12,074 nt of DNA from a virus (IMGVR_UViG_2651869861_000010:1-12074); one strand, 5' to 3'. Positions 1-7,623 are shown, counted from the stretch's first letter. Numbers and translations: made by a program. Notes: generated from the sequence alone by a model not told the origin.

Positions 1-649
1 GCACCTTACCTGTCGCCACGCCGTTTACCGTAATTGTCATATCTTTCACACTAATGGTGGCTTTCGACGGATCGGCGGAAACCGCTCTGAACGTCTTGTC
101 TGTTGCACTTTCCGGCTCAAAAGAAACCGTCAGGGTGGTTGTTTTCCCTTTTGCCACCGTACCGGATGTCGGCGTCACCTTAATCGCACTGACCGGCGTA
201 ATTTTGCTGCGTTCTTCCGCTACAGAAGGTTTACCCACGTTAGTGACTTTCACCGTGCGGGTGATCACTTCTTTCGCCGTCACGGCCTTACCGATACTGC
301 TGACCCAGCCACGAAACACATCCACCGTGCCATTCGGAAAACGGATTTTATAGGCCCGGACATCGCCGCTTTCAAACCAGCCTATAAGCCCTTTCTGGCC
401 TTCCTCTCCCGGTTTCCAGGCCAGCGTAAAACTGGTATCACCTGCAGATTTCTGCCCCTGCCCGGTCGCGGTCCAGTCCGCGTCTTCATCATCCAGGTAG
501 TTATCATCGTAGGATTCTGCCGTCATCTCGCCCGGCGTCAGATCCTTCACCTTAGCCAGTCGCTGCCAGTCATCGTCTGACAACGGGTTTGCATAGGCGT
601 CACCCTGACCGTTATAAACCCACAGGGTGGTACCGGCTCCTTTTACCGG
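1..649 (-). pseudogene. V: Major tail protein V remnant. Homology starts at about V residue 9 ([10 protein letters not shown]...), there is no in-frame start codon, and the 3' end runs off the window at position 1.
   Basis: My own translation of the minus strand from about 649 downward gives [142 protein letters not shown]..., near-colinear with lambda gpV as I remember it. An in-frame TGA lies just upstream (about 704-706) and no ATG follows it. This frame is absent from the ORF track because it has no start. Confidence 0.8.
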
Positions 650-909
650 CTCCAGGGGAATTCGTGTTTCGGCTTGACGTAGCCCGGACGTAACACGCGG
701 GTTTCACCACCGCGATGACGCAGCACTTTTCCTTCAACAACCGGGGAGACATAGGCCGCCACCGGCGTTTTTCCGGTAATTTTGTCCAGCATCACCTCTT
801 CGGTATGGAAATTCACCGTACGGCGGAAAAACAGCTCCAGAAACAGCGCACGAAATTTCACTTTTTGTTCGGTATAACCGAGTAACTGGCGGGTCGTAAA
901 CAATCCCAT
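643..909 (-). pseudogene. E: Major capsid protein E, N-terminal fragment only (88 codons, then stop).
   Basis: The track ORF MGLFTTRQLLGYTEQKVKFRALFLELFFRR...PGYVKPKHE matches the lambda gpE N-terminus (MSMYTTAQLLAANEQKFKF...PGYVKPKHE) as remembered. After KHE the reading frame diverges and stops (FPWSR*). Lambda gpE is about 341 aa, so roughly 250 codons are missing. Confidence 0.85.
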
Positions 910-937
910 AAATCAGTTCCTTTCATTCAGAAATCAG

Positions 938-959
938 TCAGGCCACCGCGGTGGCCTGA
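938..959. repeat. 22-bp perfect palindrome TCAGGCCACCGCGGTGGCCTGA in the D-E' intergenic space.
   Basis: Read directly: the sequence equals its own reverse complement. It sits 8 nt downstream of the D stop and about 30 nt upstream of the E' ATG on the minus strand. Confidence 0.9.
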
Positions 960-966
960 TAACGTG

Positions 967-1314
967 TTACGGCAGCGCCGCGTGACTCAGGGCACTGCCG
1001 GCAAAGGCATTTGCCTTTTTGTGTTCATCCACACTTTCAGGCCAGCGGATTGCCTCCGTCGCAAAGGTCCCCGACTTGTAATAGGTCAGTACCGTCTCTG
1101 TGCCTTCAAGCGGCAGTACCAGTATGCCAACTGCACTACCGGCTTTCTGTCCGTCCCAGACCACCAGTTTCCCGCTGGCTTCATCCAGCATCAGGGGCGT
1201 CAGTGCCGGTGTTGCCGAGGAAATCCCGCTGCTGCCTGTGGCGGTATGAGCCGGATCATTACCGGCAAAAATACGTACTTCCGCACGCTGTTCAGTGATG
1301 TTTTTCGTTACCAT
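967..1314 (-). CDS. D: Head decoration protein D.
   Basis: The 115-aa ORF carries motifs I recognise from lambda gpD (DPAHTATG, TPLMLD, KSGTFA, AFAG). Its position between C and E is as in lambda. Confidence 0.9.
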   Translation of the reverse strand: MVTKNITEQRAEVRIFAGNDPAHTATGSSGISSATPALTPLMLDEASGKLVVWDGQKAGSAVGILVLPLEGTETVLTYYKSGTFATEAIRWPESVDEHKKANAFAGSALSHAALP

Positions 1315-1350
1315 ATTGTAAAAACCTCCTGTTGATGGTCAGCACTGACT

Positions 1351-2856
1351 TCATGGCATGGCCATGAGCATTTTCACGTCCGCATCACCGTCTGCTGACG
1401 TCTGTGGCACGCCACCCTGTACCGCAGCCGGTGAATGGTTCGCCATGATGCGTTCAAACAGGGCGGTTGTGGATGCAGAGACCGGTTCTGCCTTACCTGA
1501 TCCCGCAGCCAGCACAGCCCGGGCGCTCTCCACAGTCATTCCCGGGCAGGCAGCCAGCTGTTCAGCCTGCGCCTCAGCCCCTTTTGCCTCATCCAGTGCC
1601 ATGATCTGATCACGGAGTGAGGGTCCGGCATCCGCCTGCGGTGAAGCAGCCAGGATCGGGCGGGCTTTTTCCACCGTCATCTCCGGCATCGCCGCCAGCG
1701 TTGCCGCCAGTTGTTCACGACCGTTCGCTTCTTCACACGCCATAATGCGATCGGCTTCACTCTGCGTGGATGCCACCGGCTGCTGCGGTGCCGCCGCGGC
1801 CAGAATCGCCCGGGCCTGTTCAACGCTCATGCCCTGTTGTCCTGCCAGCATCGTGGCAAGCTGTTCACGTCCTTTCGCTTCCTGGCATGTCAGGATCCCC
1901 ATCACTCGCTGGTTCTCCTGCGCGGCGGCTTCCGTTGCAGTTAATTGCGGCATAGTGCCTCCTCTGACATTACTGTTCAGCGCCGTGGCCATCACACTGA
2001 TGGCATCCGACGCATTGACTAATTCATCCGCCAGCCCGGCATCAATGCCGGACTGACCTTCAAAAACGGCGGCCTCTGTTCCCGTGACGGCATCAACAGA
2101 CAGACCGGTAAACATGGCCACTTTTTCGGCAAACATCCGGCGCGCCGCATCAATGCGCTGCTGCATGTTCTGGCGAACCTCTGCCGGTAAGGCTTCAAAC
2201 TGATTGCCATCCACCTTGTGCGCCCCTGAGTAAATCAGCGTGATATCCACACCGGCCTGCGCCAGATGACCGGCATAGCTGACATGGCTCATCATCACGC
2301 CAATGGAGCCGATACGGGATGTCTGGGTAACCAGCCGTCGGGAGCAGGCCGACGCCAGCAGCATGGCTGCAGAACAGGCCGTGTCATTGCACAGTGCCCA
2401 GACCGGCTTCTGCTGACGGAGGCGGTAAATCATGTCAGCGCAGTCAAACGCGCCGGCGGCCTGCCCGCCCGGACTGTCAATGTCCAGCAGTACGCCCCGC
2501 ACCTGGCTATCCGCCATTGCCTGCTGAAGACAGGCGACAATGCCGTCATAGCCTGTCATTCCGGAAAATGGCCGCATACCCCCCAGCCGGTGCACCAGCG
2601 TGCCGGTCACCGGCAGTACAGCAATACCGTTCACCACCCGGTAAACACGGGCCGGTCGTTTACCTCCGGCCATGTACTCGTCCGTTTCAGCCAGCATTCC
2701 GGGAGCATCAAGCTGTACCTGCTGCTGTGGTACCGAAAGACTTGCTGCCCCCATCTCGCGCCCGAGCGCGCAAAAGAAAACCCGCGCATAGGCGGGCTCC
2801 AGAAGCAGCGGTTCATTGAATGCTGCGGCAATAATGTGTGAAAGATTACGTCTCAC
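1351..2856 (-). CDS. C: Capsid assembly protease C (S49/ClpP-like fold) with a C-terminal Nu3-like scaffold domain.
   Basis: The 501-aa ORF has an N-terminal 300 residues colinear with lambda gpC as remembered (AFNEPLLLEPAYARVFFCAL, VLPVTGTL, SGMTGY, DSPGG, PVWALCND, GSIGVMM, LIYSGAHKVDGN, GLADELVN). The C-terminal part contains three tandem repeats of the motif lambda carries once (RIMGIL-CEEA-GRE...PGMTV-ARRILAAAP). Confidence 0.9.
   Translation of the reverse strand: MRRNLSHIIAAAFNEPLLLEPAYARVFFCALGREMGAASLSVPQQQVQLDAPGMLAETDEYMAGGKRPARVYRVVNGIAVLPVTGTLVHRLGGMRPFSGMTGYDGIVACLQQAMADSQVRGVLLDIDSPGGQAAGAFDCADMIYRLRQQKPVWALCNDTACSAAMLLASACSRRLVTQTSRIGSIGVMMSHVSYAGHLAQAGVDITLIYSGAHKVDGNQFEALPAEVRQNMQQRIDAARRMFAEKVAMFTGLSVDAVTGTEAAVFEGQSGIDAGLADELVNASDAISVMATALNSNVRGGTMPQLTATEAAAQENQRVMGILTCQEAKGREQLATMLAGQQGMSVEQARAILAAAAPQQPVASTQSEADRIMACEEANGREQLAATLAAMPEMTVEKARPILAASPQADAGPSLRDQIMALDEAKGAEAQAEQLAACPGMTVESARAVLAAGSGKAEPVSASTTALFERIMANHSPAAVQGGVPQTSADGDADVKMLMAMP
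1498..1917. repeat. Three tandem, imperfect repeats of about 135 bp (about 45 codons) inside the 3' part of C.
   Basis: Protein repeats at about aa 314-356, 367-405 and 414-453: RVMGILTCQEAKGREQLATMLAGQQGMSVEQARAILAAAAP / RIMACEEANGREQLAATLAAMPEMTVEKARPILAASP / QIMALDEAKGAEAQAEQLAACPGMTVESARAVLAAGS. The corresponding DNA repeat (cagCTGTTCAcg...cgcttc...gccat) is visible at about 1556, 1711 and 1858. Confidence 0.8.
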
Positions 2857-4438
2857 GGGGTGTTGTCTCCTCTTCCGGCCTGCGACTCTCCGCTATCTGC
2901 TGCTGATACGCCTGCGCTATCCACACCGGACGTGAGAGTCCGGCTTTTTGCCGCTCTGCAGATTCCCTGACCTGCTGGCGGAAAATGTCCTGATAATCCT
3001 CGCCCATCAGCGCCGGCTCTTTCTCATACGTGCTCAGTCCGGCCTCAATGCGCATCACCGATTCCTGAACCTCCTTGAGCCCGTCAATGGCCATTCTTCC
3101 GGCACCAATCCACTCTGCCCGTGACCAGGCTGATCGCGCCTGATAAAAATCAAAACGCGCCCGTGGCGGACGGATAATCCCCCGAAGAAGTGCCTCTTCC
3201 AGCCAGTAGGAAAACATCTGCGTGGCCAGCCGGGCCGCAATAAATTTTCGCCGCCCCATAAAATAGCGCCACGACTCATTGGCAGAGGCCCTGGCACTTG
3301 AATAACTGACCTTCGAGTAATCACGGGACAACTGTTCGTAGGAAACGCCAAGACCGGCGGCGATATACCGCAGCAGCGCCTGTTCAAGCGCCGAAAATCC
3401 ATTGTCTGAATCCTGCGCAGTCTGTAGTTTCAGATCATCCCCGGGGAAAAGGTGCGGAATTTTGACACCACCCAGCGTCACGTTATTCGTGTCATACCAG
3501 CTGGAGAACTTCTCCAGAATATTAATAAGCGGATTATCCTTCTGCCCCTGCGGCGCACCGGCGATATATTCAAAGGCCTTTTCGGTATCAAGGTCACTTT
3601 CAATCGTCGCTGCATACATGGCTTTCACAATGGCCGACTGAAGCTGTGTTGCCTGCAGGGAATCGAGCATCTTCAGCCGTTCCATGACGCTGTAAAACTG
3701 GTTGGCCCCACGGGTCTGCCCGTCCTCCACCGGCTCGAAAATATGCAGCATGGCCGGACGCCCGGTGGGAAGTTCACGCGGGATCCGTTCCCATCGTCCA
3801 CTCCCGGAGCGAGGAAAATCATCCTCACAGATATGGTACGCAACGGCACGGCCATATCGATCGACCTCCACCCCGGCCCGCAGAAAACGGTTCCCCATAC
3901 CGTGTCCTGGCGTGTCCACCCGTTTCGGACTCACGGCTTTAAAACGCGTACGGAATAACTGCGTGGTTTCCGTATCCCAGACCGGCTGCACAAAGATTTC
4001 GCCGTTAAACGCATGAACGCCCACACCTTCACGGATAAATTCCGTGAACGTGCGTTTTCCTTCCACGTCGATCTCGCCAGACATCCCTTCGGCGTATTCC
4101 GACCAGGCCGCCTCCACCTCATCGACAAAGCTTTTTGCTGCGGTCTCCCGCATCCCCAGCCAGCGCCAGTTCGGACGGTAGCTGATAAGAAACATATGCC
4201 CGACAATGTGATCCTTATGCAGTGCCACCGCATTGGCCGCTATTCCGTTATTGCGCACCAGATCATCTGCCCGGGCATTCCCCAGACGCAACGCGGGCAG
4301 CAGGGCCGCATCGGCACTCTGCGCCGGTGGCAACCACTCCGCCATTTGCCCGCCAAATCCTGCACCGCCCCCGTTGTAGCTGAGACTCTCACGAAGCGGA
4401 ACGCCGTTCACATCAATCAGGACAGGCGTTCGTTTCAT
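2846..4438 (-). CDS. B: Portal protein B.
   Basis: The 530-aa ORF is colinear with lambda gpB (NGIAANAV, FEPVEDGQTRGAN, LQSAIVKAMYAATIES, LLRYIAAGLGVSYEQLSR, IDGLKEVQE, EAGLSTYEKE). Its start overlaps the W stop (ATGA) and its 3' end overlaps the C start by 11 nt. Confidence 0.92.
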   Translation of the reverse strand: MKRTPVLIDVNGVPLRESLSYNGGGAGFGGQMAEWLPPAQSADAALLPALRLGNARADDLVRNNGIAANAVALHKDHIVGHMFLISYRPNWRWLGMRETAAKSFVDEVEAAWSEYAEGMSGEIDVEGKRTFTEFIREGVGVHAFNGEIFVQPVWDTETTQLFRTRFKAVSPKRVDTPGHGMGNRFLRAGVEVDRYGRAVAYHICEDDFPRSGSGRWERIPRELPTGRPAMLHIFEPVEDGQTRGANQFYSVMERLKMLDSLQATQLQSAIVKAMYAATIESDLDTEKAFEYIAGAPQGQKDNPLINILEKFSSWYDTNNVTLGGVKIPHLFPGDDLKLQTAQDSDNGFSALEQALLRYIAAGLGVSYEQLSRDYSKVSYSSARASANESWRYFMGRRKFIAARLATQMFSYWLEEALLRGIIRPPRARFDFYQARSAWSRAEWIGAGRMAIDGLKEVQESVMRIEAGLSTYEKEPALMGEDYQDIFRQQVRESAERQKAGLSRPVWIAQAYQQQIAESRRPEEETTPRET

Positions 4439-4641
4439 AACCTCACTCCCAGCGGACGACGGCGACGCCGGGTTGTCCCCAGTACCGACTCCGCATCATT
4501 GATCGCCCGGTTAAGCTCATCCAGAGAAGCCGCCGTATATTCAATTCTGCGACCATCTTTCTGGACAGACACCACCCGTTTACCGGTTAATAAATCAAGG
4601 CGCGCCTGACGCAGCGCCTGCAGTTCAGCGACTGTAACCAT
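4435..4641 (-). CDS. W: Head-tail joining / head completion protein W.
   Basis: The 68-aa ORF matches the length and core of lambda gpW (LTGKRVVSVQKDGRRIEYTAASL, TTRRRRRP). It overlaps the 3' end of A by 17 nt. Confidence 0.9.
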   Translation of the reverse strand: MVTVAELQALRQARLDLLTGKRVVSVQKDGRRIEYTAASLDELNRAINDAESVLGTTRRRRRPLGVRL

Positions 4642-6553
4642 TCACTCCTCCGGACAGCTTCGCTGCCAGTTCTTTCAGGGTTGGCCGGGTCGTCTCTTCT
4701 TCCCGGGATTTTGCCAGTACAGCCAGATCAAGCTGCCAGCGTTGCACGGACACACGTAATGCCGCGTAGGCATACACCAGGCAGTCCAGCGCTTCGTTAC
4801 GCCGCTTTTTGTTATCCCACAGCAGACGCATCTTTCCTTTTTCCCACTTCTCCACCAGCTCTTCCGCCACCAGTTGCTGCGCCTCTGTCTGCGAAAAAAT
4901 CTCCGGATCATCAGGAAAACGGATGGCATACGACGTGGCTTCATCCGCAGGCGAGGGATCGGCTTTCATACGGGCATAGAGAATTTCTTTTGCGGTGTCC
5001 GTTCCCACTTCACACAGATACACGCCCCGCTGATTGCGGGTTTTTGGCATGGTGATCACCGGCTTGCCATAGACAGATGCGCCTTTTACCGGCAGCACCC
5101 GGAAAACACCGTGTTTTTTTGATCTCTGATAAACAATTTCACCATCGATCCCCCCGGTGTCCCAGCAGACACGGGAAATAGTCATTTCGGTGCCATCCGC
5201 ATGGCGGTATTTTTTGTTGATCGCCGCATCCACACGTAACAGCGTCTCTTCCTCATCAGGACGCCCCATAATGATGATTTTATCCACCAGAAAGGCTTCC
5301 TCTCCCGGAGCCCATCCCCAGACATACATCTCAAAACGGTTTCGCTGCGAGTCAATGCCCGCCGTCAGATAAACCACCCGGGCAGGCACCGCCGCCGTGT
5401 AACGCACCACCTTATCCATCAGTACCTGGTGATCGAGTTTTTCGCCCACGGCCTCTTCCCAGGTCTCGCCCAGCGTGGTGTTCACAAAGGTTTTCAGGCC
5501 GTTGGGATCTTTCAGTGCATCCAGCCAGTCATAGACAATCTGTACCCAGGTGGTGAACGGACTGTACGCCGTCCAGATATGGAACATGATGGAGCGCGGC
5601 GGCGGAATTTCATCACCCCGGGCGCTGAAAAACGTCAGACCGTCACGGGTCCACATGCCCGTGTTTTCACAGATCCACCGCCCGTTGCTCTGGTCCAGTT
5701 CAGACTGATGGATCACGCAGCCATGATGTTCACAGAGGTAGAAAACACTTTCAGGGCTGTCCTTCTCCCATTTAAGCCCAAAAGGCGTGGACTCATCGCC
5801 AAATTTCAGATACTGCGCCTCCCCACAGTGCGGGCAGGGCACATAAAAACGCATAAAATGCGCCGACTCGTTAGCGGCTTTTTCGATCTGGCAGGTGCCT
5901 TTGATTTTAGGCGTCGAGCCGCGAATGGATTTTGGCCACACCGACCCCTCAATACGCTTATCCCCCAGCAGGGTTGGCGAGCCCTCTTTTTCGACATCCG
6001 GCTCGAACGAGGAAAGTTCGTCATAGCAGACCACGTCAACGGATTTTTCACGGTAGTTTTTGGCGGCAGCGCCGCCCAGGCACCAGAAACCGACGCCCGA
6101 TGAAAAGCGTTTCAGCGTGAGAGTATTGTCACGATGTTTACGACCCAGCCATGGGGAAAGGTCTTTCAGGCATGGCACGTTCCGAATCGTCGCCTCCACG
6201 TGAGACTTCATAAAATCTTCAGCGGCAGAATCCGTGGGCTGAAAAAGCAGACTGTTTCGGGATTTATGCTCAATAAAATACCCGCCCCCCCCCAGCAACA
6301 TCTTTGTATAGCCAACACGGGCAGATTTAATCAGATTAACAGTGCGGATCTGATCATTCCCCATACTGTTCATGATGGCGATCTGGAATGGCAGCGTTTT
6401 CCATTCGCCCTCACCATATGAAGATTCTTTAGGCAGATAATAATTTTGATCAGCCCATTCAACTGGCGTCACCGGCAATGCCCTTATCAGGGGCTGTAAT
6501 GCAGTTGTGACAGCGCTCATCATATTATTCAGTTGTTGCTCTGATATATTCAT
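4625..6553 (-). CDS. A: Terminase large subunit A. The likely start is the internal ATG giving MNISEQQ..., not the extended ORF start at 6610.
   Basis: Colinear with lambda gpA along its whole length (EWADQNYYLPKESSYGEGEWKT, FWCLGGAAAKNYREKSVD, GSPTLLGDKRIEGSVWPKSIRGSTPK, HFMRFYVPCPHCGE, TAYSPFTTWVQIV, ICWDTGGID, KKRRNEALDC). The lambda protein begins MNIS...; the 19 upstream codons in the track ORF overlap Nu1. Confidence 0.93.
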   Translation of the reverse strand: MNISEQQLNNMMSAVTTALQPLIRALPVTPVEWADQNYYLPKESSYGEGEWKTLPFQIAIMNSMGNDQIRTVNLIKSARVGYTKMLLGGGGYFIEHKSRNSLLFQPTDSAAEDFMKSHVEATIRNVPCLKDLSPWLGRKHRDNTLTLKRFSSGVGFWCLGGAAAKNYREKSVDVVCYDELSSFEPDVEKEGSPTLLGDKRIEGSVWPKSIRGSTPKIKGTCQIEKAANESAHFMRFYVPCPHCGEAQYLKFGDESTPFGLKWEKDSPESVFYLCEHHGCVIHQSELDQSNGRWICENTGMWTRDGLTFFSARGDEIPPPRSIMFHIWTAYSPFTTWVQIVYDWLDALKDPNGLKTFVNTTLGETWEEAVGEKLDHQVLMDKVVRYTAAVPARVVYLTAGIDSQRNRFEMYVWGWAPGEEAFLVDKIIIMGRPDEEETLLRVDAAINKKYRHADGTEMTISRVCWDTGGIDGEIVYQRSKKHGVFRVLPVKGASVYGKPVITMPKTRNQRGVYLCEVGTDTAKEILYARMKADPSPADEATSYAIRFPDDPEIFSQTEAQQLVAEELVEKWEKGKMRLLWDNKKRRNEALDCLVYAYAALRVSVQRWQLDLAVLAKSREEETTRPTLKELAAKLSGGVNGYSR

Positions 6554-7034
6554 CAAGTAAATCCGGTAATTTATCCCCTGCCCGCGCACACTGATTTGCC
6601 CCCTTAGCAATAAGGGTTTTCAGATGGTCAAGATGGCGCGGTGTTAAATCAGGAAACTGTCGCTGCATGGATAAAGGGATGGAATCAAGCGTACTGGATA
6701 ACGCCATTGCCAGCTTACTGAGGGCAAAAATACAGAACCCGGTGTCAATCAGTTTTCCTTTTGACACCTCATTTTTTAACTGCTGTGTAACAGCCTGTTC
6801 TGCTGTCAGTTCCCATCTGGCAATAAGCAATTTCTCCTCATAGTCGTCTTCGCTATCGCCATCAGGCACATCGTTTTTACTTCTCCTCAGATACGATATG
6901 TAAAAATCGCGCCAGGCATCCAGATCCAGTTGCCCTCGCTTATTCGATATCGGGGCACCCGGCAATTTCTGCAATCTGCGAAGCTGGCGATCGGTCAGAC
7001 TTAAATGCCTGGCAACTTCAGTCTGCGTAGCCAC
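6525..7034 (-). CDS. Nu1: Terminase small subunit, Nu1-like. The C-terminal half is lambda-like, the N-terminal helix-turn-helix DNA-binding domain is divergent, and the start codon is GTG.
   Basis: The C-terminal half (TGFCIFALSKLAMALSSTLDSIPLSMQRQFPDLTPRHLDHLK...LPDLLDEYI) resembles lambda gpNu1 (TAFCTFVLSRIAGEIASILDGLPLSVQRRFPELENRHVDFLK...IPGLLSEYI). The N-terminus (MATQTEVARHLSLTDRQLRRLQKL) is an HTH unlike lambda's. The start reads GTG on the minus strand (cac at 7032-7034) with GAGGTGAGGA just upstream. It overlaps A by 29 nt, as in lambda. Confidence 0.8.
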   Translation of the reverse strand: MATQTEVARHLSLTDRQLRRLQKLPGAPISNKRGQLDLDAWRDFYISYLRRSKNDVPDGDSEDDYEEKLLIARWELTAEQAVTQQLKNEVSKGKLIDTGFCIFALSKLAMALSSTLDSIPLSMQRQFPDLTPRHLDHLKTLIAKGANQCARAGDKLPDLLDEYIRATTE

Positions 7035-7074
7035 TCCTCACCTCGCAAAAACTCTCACCTCACAATCACAACAA

Positions 7075-7180
7075 AACCGGTCATGTCCGGTTTACATGTC
7101 TGTTTTTTGTTCATGTCCGGTTCACAGAAGACCTGTTTTTATATTTTTCATATAGTTAACTTGAAGAGAAACCGGACATG
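7075..7180. repeat. cosB-like array: three copies of the 11-mer CATGTCCGGTT (7082-7092 and 7112-7122 direct; 7170-7180 inverted), with an AT-rich spacer that is a possible IHF bend site.
   Basis: Read directly. The first copy is part of a near-palindrome AACCGGTCATGTCCGGTT (7075-7092). The array sits between cosN and the Nu1 start, where lambda has its R3-I1-R2-R1 small-terminase binding sites. Confidence 0.55.
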
Positions 7181-7217
7181 GATCCCGGAAAATTTTCATA
7201 AATAGCGAAAACCCGCG

Positions 7218-7229
7218 AGGTCGCCGCCC
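7218..7229 (-). other. cos: cosN, the 12-nt cohesive-end site (GGGCGGCGACCT on the minus strand), with lambda-like flanks.
   Basis: The reverse complement of 7201-7260 reads CGGGTCCTTTCCGGCGATCCGACAGGTTACG-GGGCGGCGACCT-CGCGGGTTTTCGCTATT, which is the lambda right-end/left-end junction with one mismatch in the flank, as I remember the lambda ends. Confidence 0.85.
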
Positions 7230-7265
7230 CGTAACCTGTCGGATCGCCGGAAAGGACCCGCAAAA

Positions 7266-7280
7266 TGATAATAATTATCA
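7266..7280. promoter_or_regulatory. 15-bp perfect palindrome TGATAATAATTATCA, identical to the 7-1-7 Fur-box consensus (TGATAATnATTATCA).
   Basis: Read directly. It lies about 37 bp from cosN on the side away from Nu1. I recall lambda having TGATAATCATTATCA at the equivalent place, i.e. a different centre base with both arms preserved. Confidence 0.4.
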
Positions 7281-7428
7281 TCTACATGTCACAACGTGCA
7301 TCTACGCCATCAAACCACGTCAAATAATTAATTATGACGCAGGTATCGTATTAATTGATCTGCATCAACTTAACGTAAAAACAACTTCAGACAATACAAA
7401 TCAGCGACACTGAATACGGGGCAACCTC

Positions 7429-7623
7429 ATGTCAACGAAGAACAGAACCCGCAGAACAACAACCCGCAACATCCGCTTTCCTAACCAAATGATTGAACAA
7501 ATTAACATCGCTCTTGATCAAAAAGGGTCCGGAAATTTCTCAGCCTGGGTCATTGAAGCCTGCCGTCGGAGGCTAACGTCAGAAAAGAGAGCATATACAT
7601 CAATTAAAAGTGATGAAGAATGA
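7429..7623 (+). CDS. ylcI: Small ribbon-helix-helix-like protein (64 aa), YlcI/DUF3950-like.
   Basis: The 64-aa ORF has a basic N-terminus (KNRTRRTTTRN), then a predicted beta-strand and two helices (IRFPNQMIEQINIALDQ...NFSAWVIEACRRRL). Size and position next to cos match ylcI of DLP12-type prophages as I remember them. Confidence 0.65.
   Translation: MSTKNRTRRTTTRNIRFPNQMIEQINIALDQKGSGNFSAWVIEACRRRLTSEKRAYTSIKSDEE

Noticed and set aside
54-353. 99-aa plus-strand ORF inside the V remnant.
   Set aside because: It is antisense to a clearly homologous tail-gene reading frame, has no recognisable start context, and is typical of spurious ORFs in coding regions.
643-663. The E'-V' junction as a programmed -1 ribosomal frameshift making an E-V fusion.
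   Set aside because: There is no slippery heptamer or downstream structure. The missing E C-terminus, FI, FII, Z and U are far better explained by a genomic deletion.
658-663. The GAATTC (EcoRI) site exactly at the deletion junction as evidence of a cloning-vector origin.
   Set aside because: A 6-bp site is expected by chance every few kb. The surrounding genes are divergent from laboratory lambda (Nu1 N-terminus, holin, Q, D, E), which argues for a natural prophage.
1011-1335. Plus-strand ORFs of 95 and 123 aa overlapping D.
   Set aside because: They are antisense to the well-supported decoration-protein gene and have low-complexity, Cys/Arg-rich translations.
2266-2841. Plus-strand ORFs of 191 and 141 aa inside C.
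   Set aside because: They are antisense to the protease/scaffold gene, with Arg/Pro/Ala-rich composition typical of GC-rich antisense frames.
3452-4609. Plus-strand ORFs of 168, 104 and 198 aa across the portal and W genes.
   Set aside because: They are antisense to strongly supported phage genes and have no independent support.
5429-6103. 224-aa plus-strand ORF inside terminase A.
   Set aside because: It is antisense to the terminase large subunit and is judged a spurious open frame.
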